A stretch of 64,000 nucleotides of DNA from Verrucomicrobiaceae bacterium (GCA_051252135.1 JBPOGH010000003.1:96001-160000); one strand, 5' to 3'; counted from the stretch's first letter, positions 30,829 through 40,889 are shown. Numbers and translations: made by a program. The notes: generated by a model not told the origin, from the letters alone.

Positions 30829-33800
30829 ATGCGCATCCTCGCTCTCCTCTTCCTCATCCCCGCCCTCCTCCACGCGGCCCCCATCCGGCAAGCCATCGAC
30901 CTCTCCTCATCCTGGAGCTTCCGTCTCCTCGATGACAAAAAAGACACCTCCTGGAGCACCGTCGACGTCCCCCACGACTGGGCCCACCAAAACGGCGTCT
31001 CTCAAAACGGCACCCAAGGCCAACAAGGCGGCTACTACTCCGGCGGAGTCGCGATGTATCGCAAAACCTTCACCCCGCCCGCCCTCGCCGAAAACGAAGA
31101 ACTCCATCTCCACTTCGATGGCGTCTACATGAACTCCGAGGTCTTCCTCAACGGCACTTCCCTCGGCACCTTCCCCTACGGCTACCTCTCCTTCTCCTAC
31201 CACCTCACCCCCCATCTCATCGAAGGAAAAAACCGCATCGACGTCCGCGTCGACAACTCCCTCGAACCCTCCGCCCGCTGGTATCACCCTTGCGGCATCT
31301 ACGCCCCCGTCACCTTAAAAGTCGTCCCCAAAAAGCGCATCGACCACGTCTTCATCACCACCCCCGAAATCACCGCCGACTCCGCCACCGTAAATGTCGC
31401 CACCCAAGCCCCCGCCGGCCTCACCCTCTCCCACACCATCTTCCTCGGCAAAAAAGAAATCACCTCCTCAAAAACCAACTCCCTCACCGTCCCCACCCCC
31501 CAACTCTGGAGCCCCGAATCTCCAACCCTCTACACCCTCATCACCCGCCTCCATCGCGACGACCAGATCATCGATGAACTAAAAACCCCCTTCGGCATCC
31601 GCTCCATCAAATGGGACCCCGCCACCGGCTTCCACCTCAATGGCAAAGTCACCAAACTCCTCGGCGTCTGCGAGCACTGGGAAGGCGGCCCCGTTGGTGG
31701 CGCATGGACCCCCGACCTCCTCCGCTGGAAACTCCAACTCCTCAAGGACATGGGCGTCAACGCCATCCGCACCTCCCACAACCCCTTCCCGCCCTTCTTC
31801 TATCATCAATGCGACGAACTCGGCATCCTCGTCATGGACGAGATCTTCGATGGCTGGATCAAAAAAGCCCCGCACGACTACGGAGCCCGCTTCTTCGACA
31901 AGCATTGGAAAAAAGACCTCACCTCCTGGATCATCCGCGACCGCAATCACCCCTGCGTCGTCATCTATTCCGTCGGTAACGAAACCCGAGGCAAAGTCGC
32001 GCCCGAACTCGTCAAAGCCATTCGCGATCTCGACCCCACCCGCCCCGTCACCTCCGGCCACTCCGGCTCTGAGCACATGGACGTCTACGGCGTCAACGGC
32101 ACCTCCGAAAAACAAACCTTCTACACCAACTACCCCCGTCCCAAGGACAAAGCCTTCATCGCCACCGAAGCCCCCCACACCTGGCAGGTCCGCGGCTACT
32201 ACCGTTCTCGTACTTGGTTCCGCGATGGCTTCCCCAACAAACGCCAGGCCCCTTTCCCCCTCCCCGACCTCACCGAAAAAGAAATCTTCACCTACGATTG
32301 GACCTCCCCCTCCAAGCGCAAGAACCGGAAGCAAATCTTCAACTCCTCCTACGACAACGCCATGGTCCGCATCACCGCCCGCAAGAACTGGGAACTCATG
32401 CGCGACACCCCCTGGTATGCCGGCCACTTCCGCTGGACCGGATTCGACTACCCCGGCGAAGCCGGCTACGTCCACGGCGGCTGGCCCTTCCGCGCCTTCA
32501 TGGGCGGCCCCCTCGATCTCGCCGGCTTCAAAAAAGACCTCTACTACTTCTACCAATCCCAATGGACCACCAAACCCATGGTTCACCTCCTCCCCCACTG
32601 GACCCACCCCAAAATGGAGCCCGGCACAAAAATCCCCGTCTGGGCCTACTCCAATGCCGACGAAGTCGAACTCTTCCTCAACGGCAAATCCCTCGGCATC
32701 GATAAACCCCAAAAAGACGCCTACCAAATGCAATGCGAATGGCTCGTCCCCTGGCAACCCGGCACCCTCACCGCCATCGCCCGCACCAACGGAAAAGAAG
32801 TCGCCCGCACCACCCAAACCACCGCAGGAGCACCAGCCACCTTCAAGCTCGAACTCGAACGTGCCCGCGCGGACTCCATCATCACCACCACCCTCGTCGA
32901 CAAAAACGGAACGCATACCCCCTACGCCGATAACCGTGTTCATTACTACCTTCGTGGACAGCACTTGGCTTCTCATGAAAATGGCAATCCCGTTGATGTC
33001 GAAAATGGTGTCACTTCCTCCAGCCGCAGAGCGTTCATGGGGAAGACACGGAGCTTCCTTAAACCCGGTTACAATCAATTCTCATTCATCGCAGCGGGAG
33101 CAATTTTAGGCTCTCGGAATGGAGTCACGTCAGTCGGTGATCGACCTCTCGTCACCATTCACACGGACTCCATCATCATCGATTCTCTCATCCGGAACTC
33201 GCCCACTGGAGCCCTAGTCGAAGATGACTCGCTCAAACCCCTCATCAAAATCCACTACACCACCGACGGTTCCCCCCCGACCAAAGACAGTCCCGTTTAC
33301 AAACAACCTTTCGACGTGGCTCTCCCCACCACCGTCAAAGCCCTCGTTGTTGAGGTCAAAAACATATTCCACCCCAGCACGGACAAGCCCCTCTTCCTCA
33401 TGGAAGAAACCTTCGCCACCGACCAAGGCCTCTACTGGTCCGACGGCACCGAAACCGCCCCCGAAACCGAAAACTTCCTCCAGGCCGAATCCGCCCAACT
33501 CTCCCAAGGCACCAAAATCGTCGGCAACCACATCGACATGCCCCGCCCCGGCTCCACCCTCACCTTCCCCCTCGGAAACAACGGCATCCCCGGCGAAACC
33601 AACCTCATCATCCACTACACCCAGCAGGATCCCAAAGGCACCCGCAAACTCGACCTCCTCATCAACGGCAAAAAAATCCGCACCCTCACCTTCAAAAACA
33701 CCGGCAGCTGGGACAGCCACTGGAAACAACTCAACACCACCATCCCCCTCACCGCCGGCGCCAACGAACTCACCCTCATCGCCAACCCCAGAGGCGGCCC

Positions 33801-33831
33801 CTCCATCGACAAAATCCTCATCAAAGACTGA
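30829..33831 (+). CDS. Glycoside hydrolase family 2 with DUF4982, chitobiase-C/FN3-like and CBM35-like C-terminal domains
   Basis: VPHDW, FDGVY, RWY..GIY, NAIRTSHNP, RDRNHP, SVGNE, WTGFDY.GE, YTTDG..P. Confidence 0.92.
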   Translation: MRILALLFLIPALLHAAPIRQAIDLSSSWSFRLLDDKKDTSWSTVDVPHDWAHQNGVSQNGTQGQQGGYYSGGVAMYRKTFTPPALAENEELHLHFDGVYMNSEVFLNGTSLGTFPYGYLSFSYHLTPHLIEGKNRIDVRVDNSLEPSARWYHPCGIYAPVTLKVVPKKRIDHVFITTPEITADSATVNVATQAPAGLTLSHTIFLGKKEITSSKTNSLTVPTPQLWSPESPTLYTLITRLHRDDQIIDELKTPFGIRSIKWDPATGFHLNGKVTKLLGVCEHWEGGPVGGAWTPDLLRWKLQLLKDMGVNAIRTSHNPFPPFFYHQCDELGILVMDEIFDGWIKKAPHDYGARFFDKHWKKDLTSWIIRDRNHPCVVIYSVGNETRGKVAPELVKAIRDLDPTRPVTSGHSGSEHMDVYGVNGTSEKQTFYTNYPRPKDKAFIATEAPHTWQVRGYYRSRTWFRDGFPNKRQAPFPLPDLTEKEIFTYDWTSPSKRKNRKQIFNSSYDNAMVRITARKNWELMRDTPWYAGHFRWTGFDYPGEAGYVHGGWPFRAFMGGPLDLAGFKKDLYYFYQSQWTTKPMVHLLPHWTHPKMEPGTKIPVWAYSNADEVELFLNGKSLGIDKPQKDAYQMQCEWLVPWQPGTLTAIARTNGKEVARTTQTTAGAPATFKLELERARADSIITTTLVDKNGTHTPYADNRVHYYLRGQHLASHENGNPVDVENGVTSSSRRAFMGKTRSFLKPGYNQFSFIAAGAILGSRNGVTSVGDRPLVTIHTDSIIIDSLIRNSPTGALVEDDSLKPLIKIHYTTDGSPPTKDSPVYKQPFDVALPTTVKALVVEVKNIFHPSTDKPLFLMEETFATDQGLYWSDGTETAPETENFLQAESAQLSQGTKIVGNHIDMPRPGSTLTFPLGNNGIPGETNLIIHYTQQDPKGTRKLDLLINGKKIRTLTFKNTGSWDSHWKQLNTTIPLTAGANELTLIANPRGGPSIDKILIKD

Positions 33832-33844
33832 TCTACGTCGCCCC

Positions 33845-33975
33845 CCTCAACAAGCCTATGGAGCGTTGGCTTCCAGCCTTACGCGCAAAGCCCAAGCCCC
33901 CCAACCAAGCCCCAGTTCGTAGTGTAGGATTTAGCCGAACTCCCCCAACCAAGCCTTCAATGTTCGACGTTCAAG
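33845..33975 (+). repeat. Intergenic mosaic: AACCAAG linkers with GGAG- and GTAG-type REP-like modules and a TTCAATG-type tract
   Basis: GGAGCGTTGGCTTCCAGCCT (33860), GTAGTGTAGGATTTAGCCG (33919), AACCAAG at ~33903 and ~33947. Confidence 0.6.
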
Positions 33976-34028
33976 GCCCCCACAATTTCGGAATAGAATT
34001 CCCTCCCACTTCTCGTATCCTTGAAAAC

Positions 34029-34721
34029 ATGACCTTGAAGCACCTCCTCCCCCTCGCCTTGGCCGGCCTCATCACCTCCGCCGCTGCCGACATCCGTCTC
34101 TGGCTCAGCGCCGACTACGAACGCGAAATGGAAGCCGAGTTCATCTCGGCCGAGGGCGACATGGCCACCATCAACCGCAACGGCCACATCCTCACCTTCA
34201 AACAATCACGCCTCTCCGAAGAAGACCGCGCCTGGATCAAAAACTTCCTCACCCCCCTCGATCCCCCGCAAAAAGTCGCCCCCACCGACTTCGCCGCCAG
34301 TGACTTTGGCAAGGCCCTCGCCAAAACAAAAATCCTCAAGGACGGCACCTTCACCGACCACCCCCTCCCCGTCCAACCCGACCTCTTCATCCTCTACTAC
34401 TCCGCAAGCTGGTGAGGCCCTTGCGTCGCCGCGGCTCCCCAGTTGGTGGAGTCCTACAATGCCAAGATCAAAAACAACCCTGCCGTCGAACTCGTCCACC
34501 TCTCAGTCGATAACGACCCCGCAGCCGCCCTCAAATGGGCCCAAGACGCCAACCTCCCTTGGCCCACCATCCTCCTCTCCGATCTCAACCTCGAGGCCCT
34601 CTCCAAGCCCTACTTCGAGTTCGACCCCGAAGTCCCCGCCTACATCCTCGTAGACGCCTCCGGCAAAGAACTCGCCCGTGGCAAACAACTCATCTTCCAA
34701 AAACTCTCCACCCTCAAGTAA
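34029..34721 (+). CDS. Candidate selenoprotein: signal peptide + SHD1-like domain + thioredoxin-fold domain with UxxC (W-U-G-P-C)
   Basis: ORF 34029-34415 stops at YYSASW-TGA; the same frame continues GPCVAAAPQLVESY..ELVHLSVD..WP..VPAYILVDASGK to TAA 34721. Confidence 0.85.
34433..34453 (+). promoter_or_regulatory. Bacterial SECIS-like hairpin
   Basis: GGCTCC-CC-AGTT-GG-T-GGAGTC stem-loop with a G-containing loop about 25 nt after the in-frame TGA (34413-34415). Confidence 0.6.
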
Positions 34722-34726
34722 TCAGG

Positions 34727-34752
34727 GCAGGGACCTTTCTCCGAAAGGTCCG
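34727..34752 (+). repeat. REP-like perfect hairpin
   Basis: GCAG followed by GGACCTTTC-TCC-GAAAGGTCC (9-bp stem). Confidence 0.65.
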
Positions 34753-34813
34753 GCTCCTTCCCCATCGCTCCCCTTTTCAACAACCGAAAGAAATAAGCCC
34801 TCTCCCCCCTCCC

Positions 34814-34843
34814 AACCCCAGCCCCAAGCTGGGGTTCTTCTTT
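34814..34843 (+). terminator. Possible intrinsic terminator
   Basis: AACCCCAGC-CCCAA-GCTGGGGTT followed by CTTCTTT. Confidence 0.45.
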
Positions 34844-34936
34844 CCCCCTCCCAAAGTCCGTCCCTCCCCCTCAACCAATCTGTGAAAATCTTCTCAATCT
34901 GCGGATAATAACTCATCAACCGATCTCAAAGTTCCC

Positions 34937-35812
34937 TCAATCCTCACCCCCCGCCAATTCCCAAAGCGCCGCCACACTCGGCCGCGCCAGACTCCGCTTC
35001 GTCGAACAAAGCCCCACCTCGTATGCCGCCAACTCCGGCGCACCCGTGATCACCTCCACCTCCTCACGGAACGGACTCTTCTCCAGCACCAACTCCGGCA
35101 CCACCCCCACCCCGCACCCCAGGCGCACCATCGCAATGATCGCCTCGTTGCCCGACACCTCCGTCGTCACCCGCGGCCGCACCCCCTCCTTCTTCAAGTG
35201 CGCATCCAGTCGCCTTCGTGACAACCCCGCCCCCGGCAACACCAGCGTCGCCGACCCCAAATCCAACCGCCGCCGCACCATCGGAACCCCCTCCAGCCCC
35301 TTCGGCCCGATAAACACCAACGCCGTCTTCCGCAGCGGCAGGAACTGTAAACTCCCCAGCGCCCGGTCCGGCAGCGCCGCCACCGCCAGATCAATCTCAC
35401 CCGTCATCACCTGCGGCACCGCCTCCTCCGCCGCCCCCGTCCGCAAGGCCAACTGCACCCCCGGATGCTCCGCCCGATACTTCTCCAGCAACTCCGGCAA
35501 CAAATTATACACCGCCGTCACCGACGCATAAATCGACACCACCCCGCCCAACTCATCCCCTCCCGCCAACCCCGCCTTCATCGCCTCCCAATCCGCCACC
35601 GCCTGCCGCGCATACGTCCGAAATGCCACCCCCGCCGCCGTCAAATTCACCCTCCGGTTATCCCGCATAAAAAGCGCCTCCCCCACCTCCTCCTCCAATC
35701 GCTGAATCGACCGCGTCAACGCCGACCGACTCAAATGACTCATCCGGCTCGCCCGCCCAAAATGCAAGGTCTCACACAGATTCAAAAACGCTCTCAACAC
35801 ATCCAGATTCAT
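34937..35812 (-). CDS. ilvY: LysR-family activator IlvY
   Basis: LHFGRAS...HLS.SAL.RSIQRLEEE.G..LF.RDNR, SVTA.Y..LP, V.GNEAI..MV.LGCG; divergent from ilvC. Confidence 0.9.
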   Translation of the reverse strand: MNLDVLRAFLNLCETLHFGRASRMSHLSRSALTRSIQRLEEEVGEALFMRDNRRVNLTAAGVAFRTYARQAVADWEAMKAGLAGGDELGGVVSIYASVTAVYNLLPELLEKYRAEHPGVQLALRTGAAEEAVPQVMTGEIDLAVAALPDRALGSLQFLPLRKTALVFIGPKGLEGVPMVRRRLDLGSATLVLPGAGLSRRRLDAHLKKEGVRPRVTTEVSGNEAIIAMVRLGCGVGVVPELVLEKSPFREEVEVITGAPELAAYEVGLCSTKRSLARPSVAALWELAGGED

Positions 35813-35959
35813 CTCATCAATTCTACAAAAATTCTCCTCAATCCCTCACCAGCTCCGAAGGAGCGTAGGCTTAGAGCCCCCGGTCTCGGCCGGGGGAAAC
35901 AACACCACCTGCATAAACAAACTCCGAAAAAGTGCCGGCAAGCCCCCAATCCCTACCTC

Positions 35960-36545
35960 CCTCAACCAAGAAGCCAACCGCCAAACACCAAAACCCAAGC
36001 CCCTCAACCAAGGAGCTAAAAGCCAACCGCCAACCGCCAACCGCTCAAACCCCCATCCACCTGCAATCCCCCGTTCCCAAACCACTCGCCACCCCATCGC
36101 TCTCCGCCCAAACCCCCATCCACCTGCAATCCCCCGCTCCCAAACCACTCGCCACCCCACCGCGCTCCACCCAAAGCCCACCGCTCTCCACCCAAAGCCC
36201 GCAGCTCTCCACCCGATCCCCCGTTCCCAAACCACTCGCCACCCCACCGCTCTCCGCCCAAAGCCCGCAGCTCTCCTCCCGATCCCCCGCTCCCAAACCA
36301 CTCGCCACCCCACCGCTCTCCGCCCAAAGCTCGCAGCTCTCCGCCCAAAGCCCATCGCTCTCCGCCCAAAGCCCACCGCTCTCCGCCCAAAGCTCGCAGC
36401 TCTCCTCCCAAAGCCCATCGCTCTCCGCTCGAAGCTCGCAGCTCGAAGCTCACACCCCATCGCTCTCCGCTCGAAGCTCGCAGCTCGAAGCTCACAGCTC
36501 ACAGCTCTCCGCTCGCAGCTCTCCGCCCCCCACCCAAAGCTCACA
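35960..36545 (+). repeat. Hierarchical tandem repeat tract (7-bp units, 21-bp and ~63-bp higher-order units)
   Basis: CCAACCG x3; GCTCTCC-GCCCAAA-GCCCACC repeats; ATCCCCCG(T/C)TCCCAAACCACTCGCCACCCC at ~36066, 36129, 36216, 36282. Confidence 0.9.
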
Positions 36546-36569
36546 CCCAAATCAACGCGTCCCTTCACA

Positions 36570-36638
36570 GTGTTGCAATTAACACAACACAACCTCCCAA
36601 TCAATTCAATAACCGCAATCACGTTCGTCATTTACAAT
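36570..36638 (+). promoter_or_regulatory. Probable IlvY operators and ilvC promoter
   Basis: GTGTTG-N9-CAACAC dyad containing T-N11-A, a second half-site ending CCGCAAT, and a TACAAT -10 at 36633. Confidence 0.6.
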
Positions 36639-36691
36639 TCCCTCATTCCTGACATGGAAACCCCGTCAATTCAAACCAACCCATCAACACG

Positions 36692-38167
36692 ATGAGCAAT
36701 AACTACTTCAATACCCTCCCCCTCCGTCGCCAGCTCGATGAACTCGGCACCTGCCGCTTCATGGACGCATCCGAGTTCTCCAACGGCGTCGCCGCCGCCA
36801 AGGGCCTCAAGATCGTCATCGTCGGCTGCGGCGCACAAGGCCTCAACCAGGGCCTCAACATGCGCGACTCCGGACTCGACGTCTCCTACACCCTCCGCGA
36901 TGCCGCCATCGCCGAAAAACGCCAGTCCTTCCTCAACGCCTCCGAGAACGGCTTCAAGGTCGGCACCTACGAGGAAATGCTTCCCACCGCTGACATCGTC
37001 ATGAACCTCGCTCCCGACAAGCAGCACACCAAGGTAGTCGAGACCGTCATCCCTCACATGAAGCAAGGCGCCACCTTCTGCTACGCCCACGGCTTCAACA
37101 TCGTCGAAGAAGGCACCGAGATTCGCAAGGACCTCACCGTCATCATGGTCGCCCCCAAATCCCCCGGCTCCGAAGTCCGTGAGGAATACAAGCGCGGCTT
37201 CGGCGTCCCCACCCTCATCGCCTGCCATGGCGAAAACGACCCCTCAGGCGAAGGCATCGAACTCGCCAAGGCCCTTGCCGTTGCCCAAGGCGGCGACCGC
37301 GCAGGCGTCCTCGAATCCTCCTTCGTTGCTGAAGTGAAGTCCGACCTCATGGGCGAGCAGACCATCCTCTGCGGACTCCTCCAGGCCGGCTCCATCCTCT
37401 GCTTCGACAAGATGAAAGCCGATGGCATCGACACCAAGTGGGCCGTCAAATTCATCCAGCACGGTTGGGAAACCATCACCGAAGCCCTCAAGCACGGTGG
37501 CATCACCAACATGATGGACCGCCTCTCCAACCCCGCAAAAATCGAAGCCTTCCAGCTCTCCGAGCAGCTCAAAGAGATCATGCGTGACCTCTTCTACAAG
37601 CACATGGACGACATCATCTCCGGTGAATTCTCCAGCACCATGATGGCTGACTGGGCAAACGACGACGTCAACCTCCTCGGCTGGCGTAAGGAAACCGGCG
37701 AGACCGAGTTCGAAAAAACCGAAGGCGAAGGTGACATCACCGAGCAGGAATACTTCGACAAAGGAATCCTCATGGTCGCCTTCGTGCGCGCCGGAGTGGA
37801 ACTCGCCTTCGAGGCCATGGTCGAAGCCGGCATCGAGCCCGAGTCCGCCTACTACGAGTCCCTCCACGAAACTCCCCTCATCGCCAACACCATCGCTCGT
37901 AAGAAACTCTACGAGATGAACCGCGTCATCTCCGACACCGCCGAATACGGTTGCTACCTCTTCTCACACGCCGCTGTGCCCCTCCTTCAAGACTTCATGA
38001 AGGACGTCAACACCGACGTCATCGGAAAAGGCCTCGCCTCCTCGGACAACAGCGTCGACAACCAGACCCTCGTCCACGTCAACGCCGAGCTCCGCGAGCA
38101 CCCTGTCGAAGAAATCGGCATCTACCTCCGCGAAGCCATGGGCGCCATGAAGCCCATCACCGCATAA
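36692..38167 (+). CDS. ilvC: Ketol-acid reductoisomerase, long (class II) form
   Basis: [52 protein letters not shown]; 491 aa. Confidence 0.97.
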   Translation: MSNNYFNTLPLRRQLDELGTCRFMDASEFSNGVAAAKGLKIVIVGCGAQGLNQGLNMRDSGLDVSYTLRDAAIAEKRQSFLNASENGFKVGTYEEMLPTADIVMNLAPDKQHTKVVETVIPHMKQGATFCYAHGFNIVEEGTEIRKDLTVIMVAPKSPGSEVREEYKRGFGVPTLIACHGENDPSGEGIELAKALAVAQGGDRAGVLESSFVAEVKSDLMGEQTILCGLLQAGSILCFDKMKADGIDTKWAVKFIQHGWETITEALKHGGITNMMDRLSNPAKIEAFQLSEQLKEIMRDLFYKHMDDIISGEFSSTMMADWANDDVNLLGWRKETGETEFEKTEGEGDITEQEYFDKGILMVAFVRAGVELAFEAMVEAGIEPESAYYESLHETPLIANTIARKKLYEMNRVISDTAEYGCYLFSHAAVPLLQDFMKDVNTDVIGKGLASSDNSVDNQTLVHVNAELREHPVEEIGIYLREAMGAMKPITA

Positions 38168-38189
38168 GGTCAAAAAAAGACCCCCTTCC

Positions 38190-38224
38190 AAAAGCCCGGC
38201 GCCTCCCAAGGCCCGGGCTTTTTC
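38190..38224 (+). terminator. Intrinsic terminator after ilvC
   Basis: AAAAGCCCGG..CCGGGCTTTTT. Confidence 0.85.
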
Positions 38225-38399
38225 TATGGAGAGCGGATAAAATACCCTGTGGGTGCATTCCTGTCCGCTTCGCTTCCCAAGCCCCCCAACCCAATCCTCC
38301 AATCCTATTGCACCCATGAGCCCTATCCCCCCAATTCGTGAATGCATTTCCTCGAACTCACCGTAAACTTTCCCACACCTCTCCGGTTTAAACAAAACG

Positions 38400-39737
38400 A
38401 TGCGTTTGCTCACCCTCCTCTCCCTCTGCGCCCTCGCCTCGTGCAACCTCCCGTCGACCCAATCGACAAACGCCACCATCCCCCTTCCCAAACGCTTCGA
38501 CGCCTCCCGGCCCCCCGTCCCGGAAATAGCAACCTCGCTCAAATCCCTCTTCCCCTCATCCGACATCGCCTTCTGGATCAACCGCGCCCTCGCCCGTAAT
38601 CCCGACCTCAAAGCCAGCTACGCCCTCCTCCAGGAAGCCGGCTTCAACACCCGCCGCACCCGCGCCGCCCTCTCCCCCTCCCTCTCCACCAATGCCGCCG
38701 CCGGCAGCTCGGATTTCGGCATTCAAACCGACCGCTTCTCCGCCACCCTCGACGCCCAATGGGAACTCGATGTCTGGGGCCGCATCCGCTCCGGCGTCAC
38801 CGCCACCTCACTCGATGAAGCCGCCATCGCGGCCGACCACGCCGCCGCCCGCCAATCCATCGCCGCCCAGACCGCCCAGGCCTACCTCGACCTCGTCGCC
38901 GCCTCCCAACTCGTCGACCTCAACGAGCGCAGCCTCAAAAGCTTCGAGTCCACCTACAGCCGGGTCGAACGCCGCTTCGAGCGCGGCCTCGCCAACCTCG
39001 GCGACTCCGACCTCGCTCGCACCGATGTCGAAAACACCCGCGCCCAACTCGCCGCCCGCCGCGATCAACGCGATCAGGCCGCCCGCCGCCTCGCCACCCT
39101 CGCCGGCGACTACCCGGACACCGGAAACCGCGCCGCCTCCTTCCCCTCTCTCTCAAAAACCATCCCCGCCGGCGTCCCCTCCACCCTCCTCATGCGCCGC
39201 CCGGATATCGACGCCGCCTACCAACGCCTCCGCGCCGCCGACGCCCGCATCACCGTCGCCCACCGCGATCTCTACCCCTCCTTCAGCCTCACCGCCAGCG
39301 GCGGACAACAATCCCCCACCTTAAAAAATCTCGCCGACTCAAACTTCAGCGTCTGGTCCTTCGCCGCCAACCTCAGCGCCCCCCTCTTCGATGCCGGCCA
39401 ACGCCAGGCCGAGCTCGGTGCCGCCAACTCCCGCGCCCAACAAGCCCTCTCCTCCTACCACGCCACCGTCCTCAACGCCCTCCGCGAGGTCGAGGACGCC
39501 CTCGGCTCGGAGCACTACCTCGCCACCCGCCAGGCCGCCACCTCCCGTGCCCTCACCGCCGCCCGCAGCGCCGAGGACTCCGTCCGCCGCAACTACGAGT
39601 CCGGCCTCCTCGAACTCCTCTCCCTCCTCGAAACGCAACGCCGCTCCTTCTCCACCGAGGAATCCCTCATCAACATCCGCACCCTGCGCTACCAAAACCG
39701 CGTCAGCCTCGCTCTCGCCCTCGGTAAAGCCCTTTAA
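38400..39737 (+). CDS. RND efflux outer-membrane factor lipoprotein
   Basis: Lipobox LASC, NPDL, WELDVWGR, P..L..RRPDI, EVEDAL. Confidence 0.92.
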   Translation: MRLLTLLSLCALASCNLPSTQSTNATIPLPKRFDASRPPVPEIATSLKSLFPSSDIAFWINRALARNPDLKASYALLQEAGFNTRRTRAALSPSLSTNAAAGSSDFGIQTDRFSATLDAQWELDVWGRIRSGVTATSLDEAAIAADHAAARQSIAAQTAQAYLDLVAASQLVDLNERSLKSFESTYSRVERRFERGLANLGDSDLARTDVENTRAQLAARRDQRDQAARRLATLAGDYPDTGNRAASFPSLSKTIPAGVPSTLLMRRPDIDAAYQRLRAADARITVAHRDLYPSFSLTASGGQQSPTLKNLADSNFSVWSFAANLSAPLFDAGQRQAELGAANSRAQQALSSYHATVLNALREVEDALGSEHYLATRQAATSRALTAARSAEDSVRRNYESGLLELLSLLETQRRSFSTEESLINIRTLRYQNRVSLALALGKAL

Positions 39738-39740
39738 AAA

Positions 39741-40889
39741 ATGAAGCTCGCCCTCAAAATCATCGCCCCGCTTCTCATCGTCGCGGTCTCCTGGTTCATC
39801 TTCAAAATCCAGGTCGCCTCCGCACCCCCGCCCCAAAGCAAAGTCCCGCCCGAGGTCGTCCCCGCCGCCGACTTCATCACCAGCTCCCCCTCCGAATTCG
39901 CCCCGCCCGTCCGCACCTTCGGAAATGTCTCCAGCTACTTCGAGTCCACCCTCAACGCCCAGATCACCGGCCAAATCATCGAGGTCTCCCCCGACTTCCG
40001 CGTCGGCCGCACCGTCAAAAAAGACGCCGTCCTCGTCCGCCTCGACCCCACCGATTTCGACGCCGCCCTCGTCACCCAGGAGGCCAATCTCACCACCGCC
40101 CGGCGCTCCCTTGCCGAGGAAGAAATCCGCGCCAAGCAAGCCGCCGAGGACTGGACCATCTCCGGCCGCGATCTCAAATCCGCCCCGCCTTACGTCCTCC
40201 GCACCCCCCAACTCGCCGCCGCCCACGGAGCCGTCCGCTCCGCCCAAGCCGCCGTCGATAAAGCCCGCGCCGACCTCGCCCGCGCCACCCTCACCGCCCC
40301 CTTCGACGCCCTCGTCACCGCCCGCTCCGCCTCCCTCGGAAACATCGCCACCCCCCAGTCCCCCCTCGGCACCCTCGTCGCCACCGCGCGCGTCGAGGTC
40401 CACCTCCCCCTCACTCCCGGCCAAGTCCAACGCCTCGACCTCCCCTCGAACTTAAACCCCGCCCTCGACCTCACCCTCACCTCCTCCCTCTACCCCGATG
40501 CGGAGTGGACCGGAAAAATCACCCGCACCTCACCCACCATCTCCCGTGACCAGGTCGTCACCGTCATCGCCGAAATCGAAAACCCCTTCGCCCACGACCC
40601 TCCCCTCGCCATCGGCAGTTTCGTCAACGCCGAAATCAACGCCCGCCCCCTCACCCAAACCCACCGCGTCCCCGAGGCCGCCCTCGTCAATGACTCCTTC
40701 CTCTGGGCCATCGGACCCGATGACCGGCTCGTCCGCATCGAGGCCGACCGCATCCACAGCGACCTCGGATTCGCCTACGTCACCCTCGCCGATTCCGACC
40801 TCACCCCGCCCCTCCGCATCGTCTCCCGCCCCCTCACCAACTTCCAATCCGGAACCCACGTGAGACCCATCGACCCCTCCAAAAAATAA
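39741..40889 (+). CDS. RND efflux periplasmic adaptor (MFP)
   Basis: N-terminal TM, G.I..V, coiled-coil hairpin, APFD, G.FV.A.I, VPE.AL. Confidence 0.9.
   Translation: MKLALKIIAPLLIVAVSWFIFKIQVASAPPPQSKVPPEVVPAADFITSSPSEFAPPVRTFGNVSSYFESTLNAQITGQIIEVSPDFRVGRTVKKDAVLVRLDPTDFDAALVTQEANLTTARRSLAEEEIRAKQAAEDWTISGRDLKSAPPYVLRTPQLAAAHGAVRSAQAAVDKARADLARATLTAPFDALVTARSASLGNIATPQSPLGTLVATARVEVHLPLTPGQVQRLDLPSNLNPALDLTLTSSLYPDAEWTGKITRTSPTISRDQVVTVIAEIENPFAHDPPLAIGSFVNAEINARPLTQTHRVPEAALVNDSFLWAIGPDDRLVRIEADRIHSDLGFAYVTLADSDLTPPLRIVSRPLTNFQSGTHVRPIDPSKK

Noticed and set aside
34029..34721. Pseudogene or two separate small genes
   Set aside because: The single stop is TGA exactly at the catalytic Cys position, both halves are intact and a hairpin follows. 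Recoding is the better explanation, though not proven.
35846..36631. Repetitive ORFs in several frames across the ilvY-ilvC gap (261, 216, 159 aa)
   Set aside because: They are open only because the 21-bp-periodic tract is T-poor. There are no credible starts, and the translations are low-complexity in every frame.
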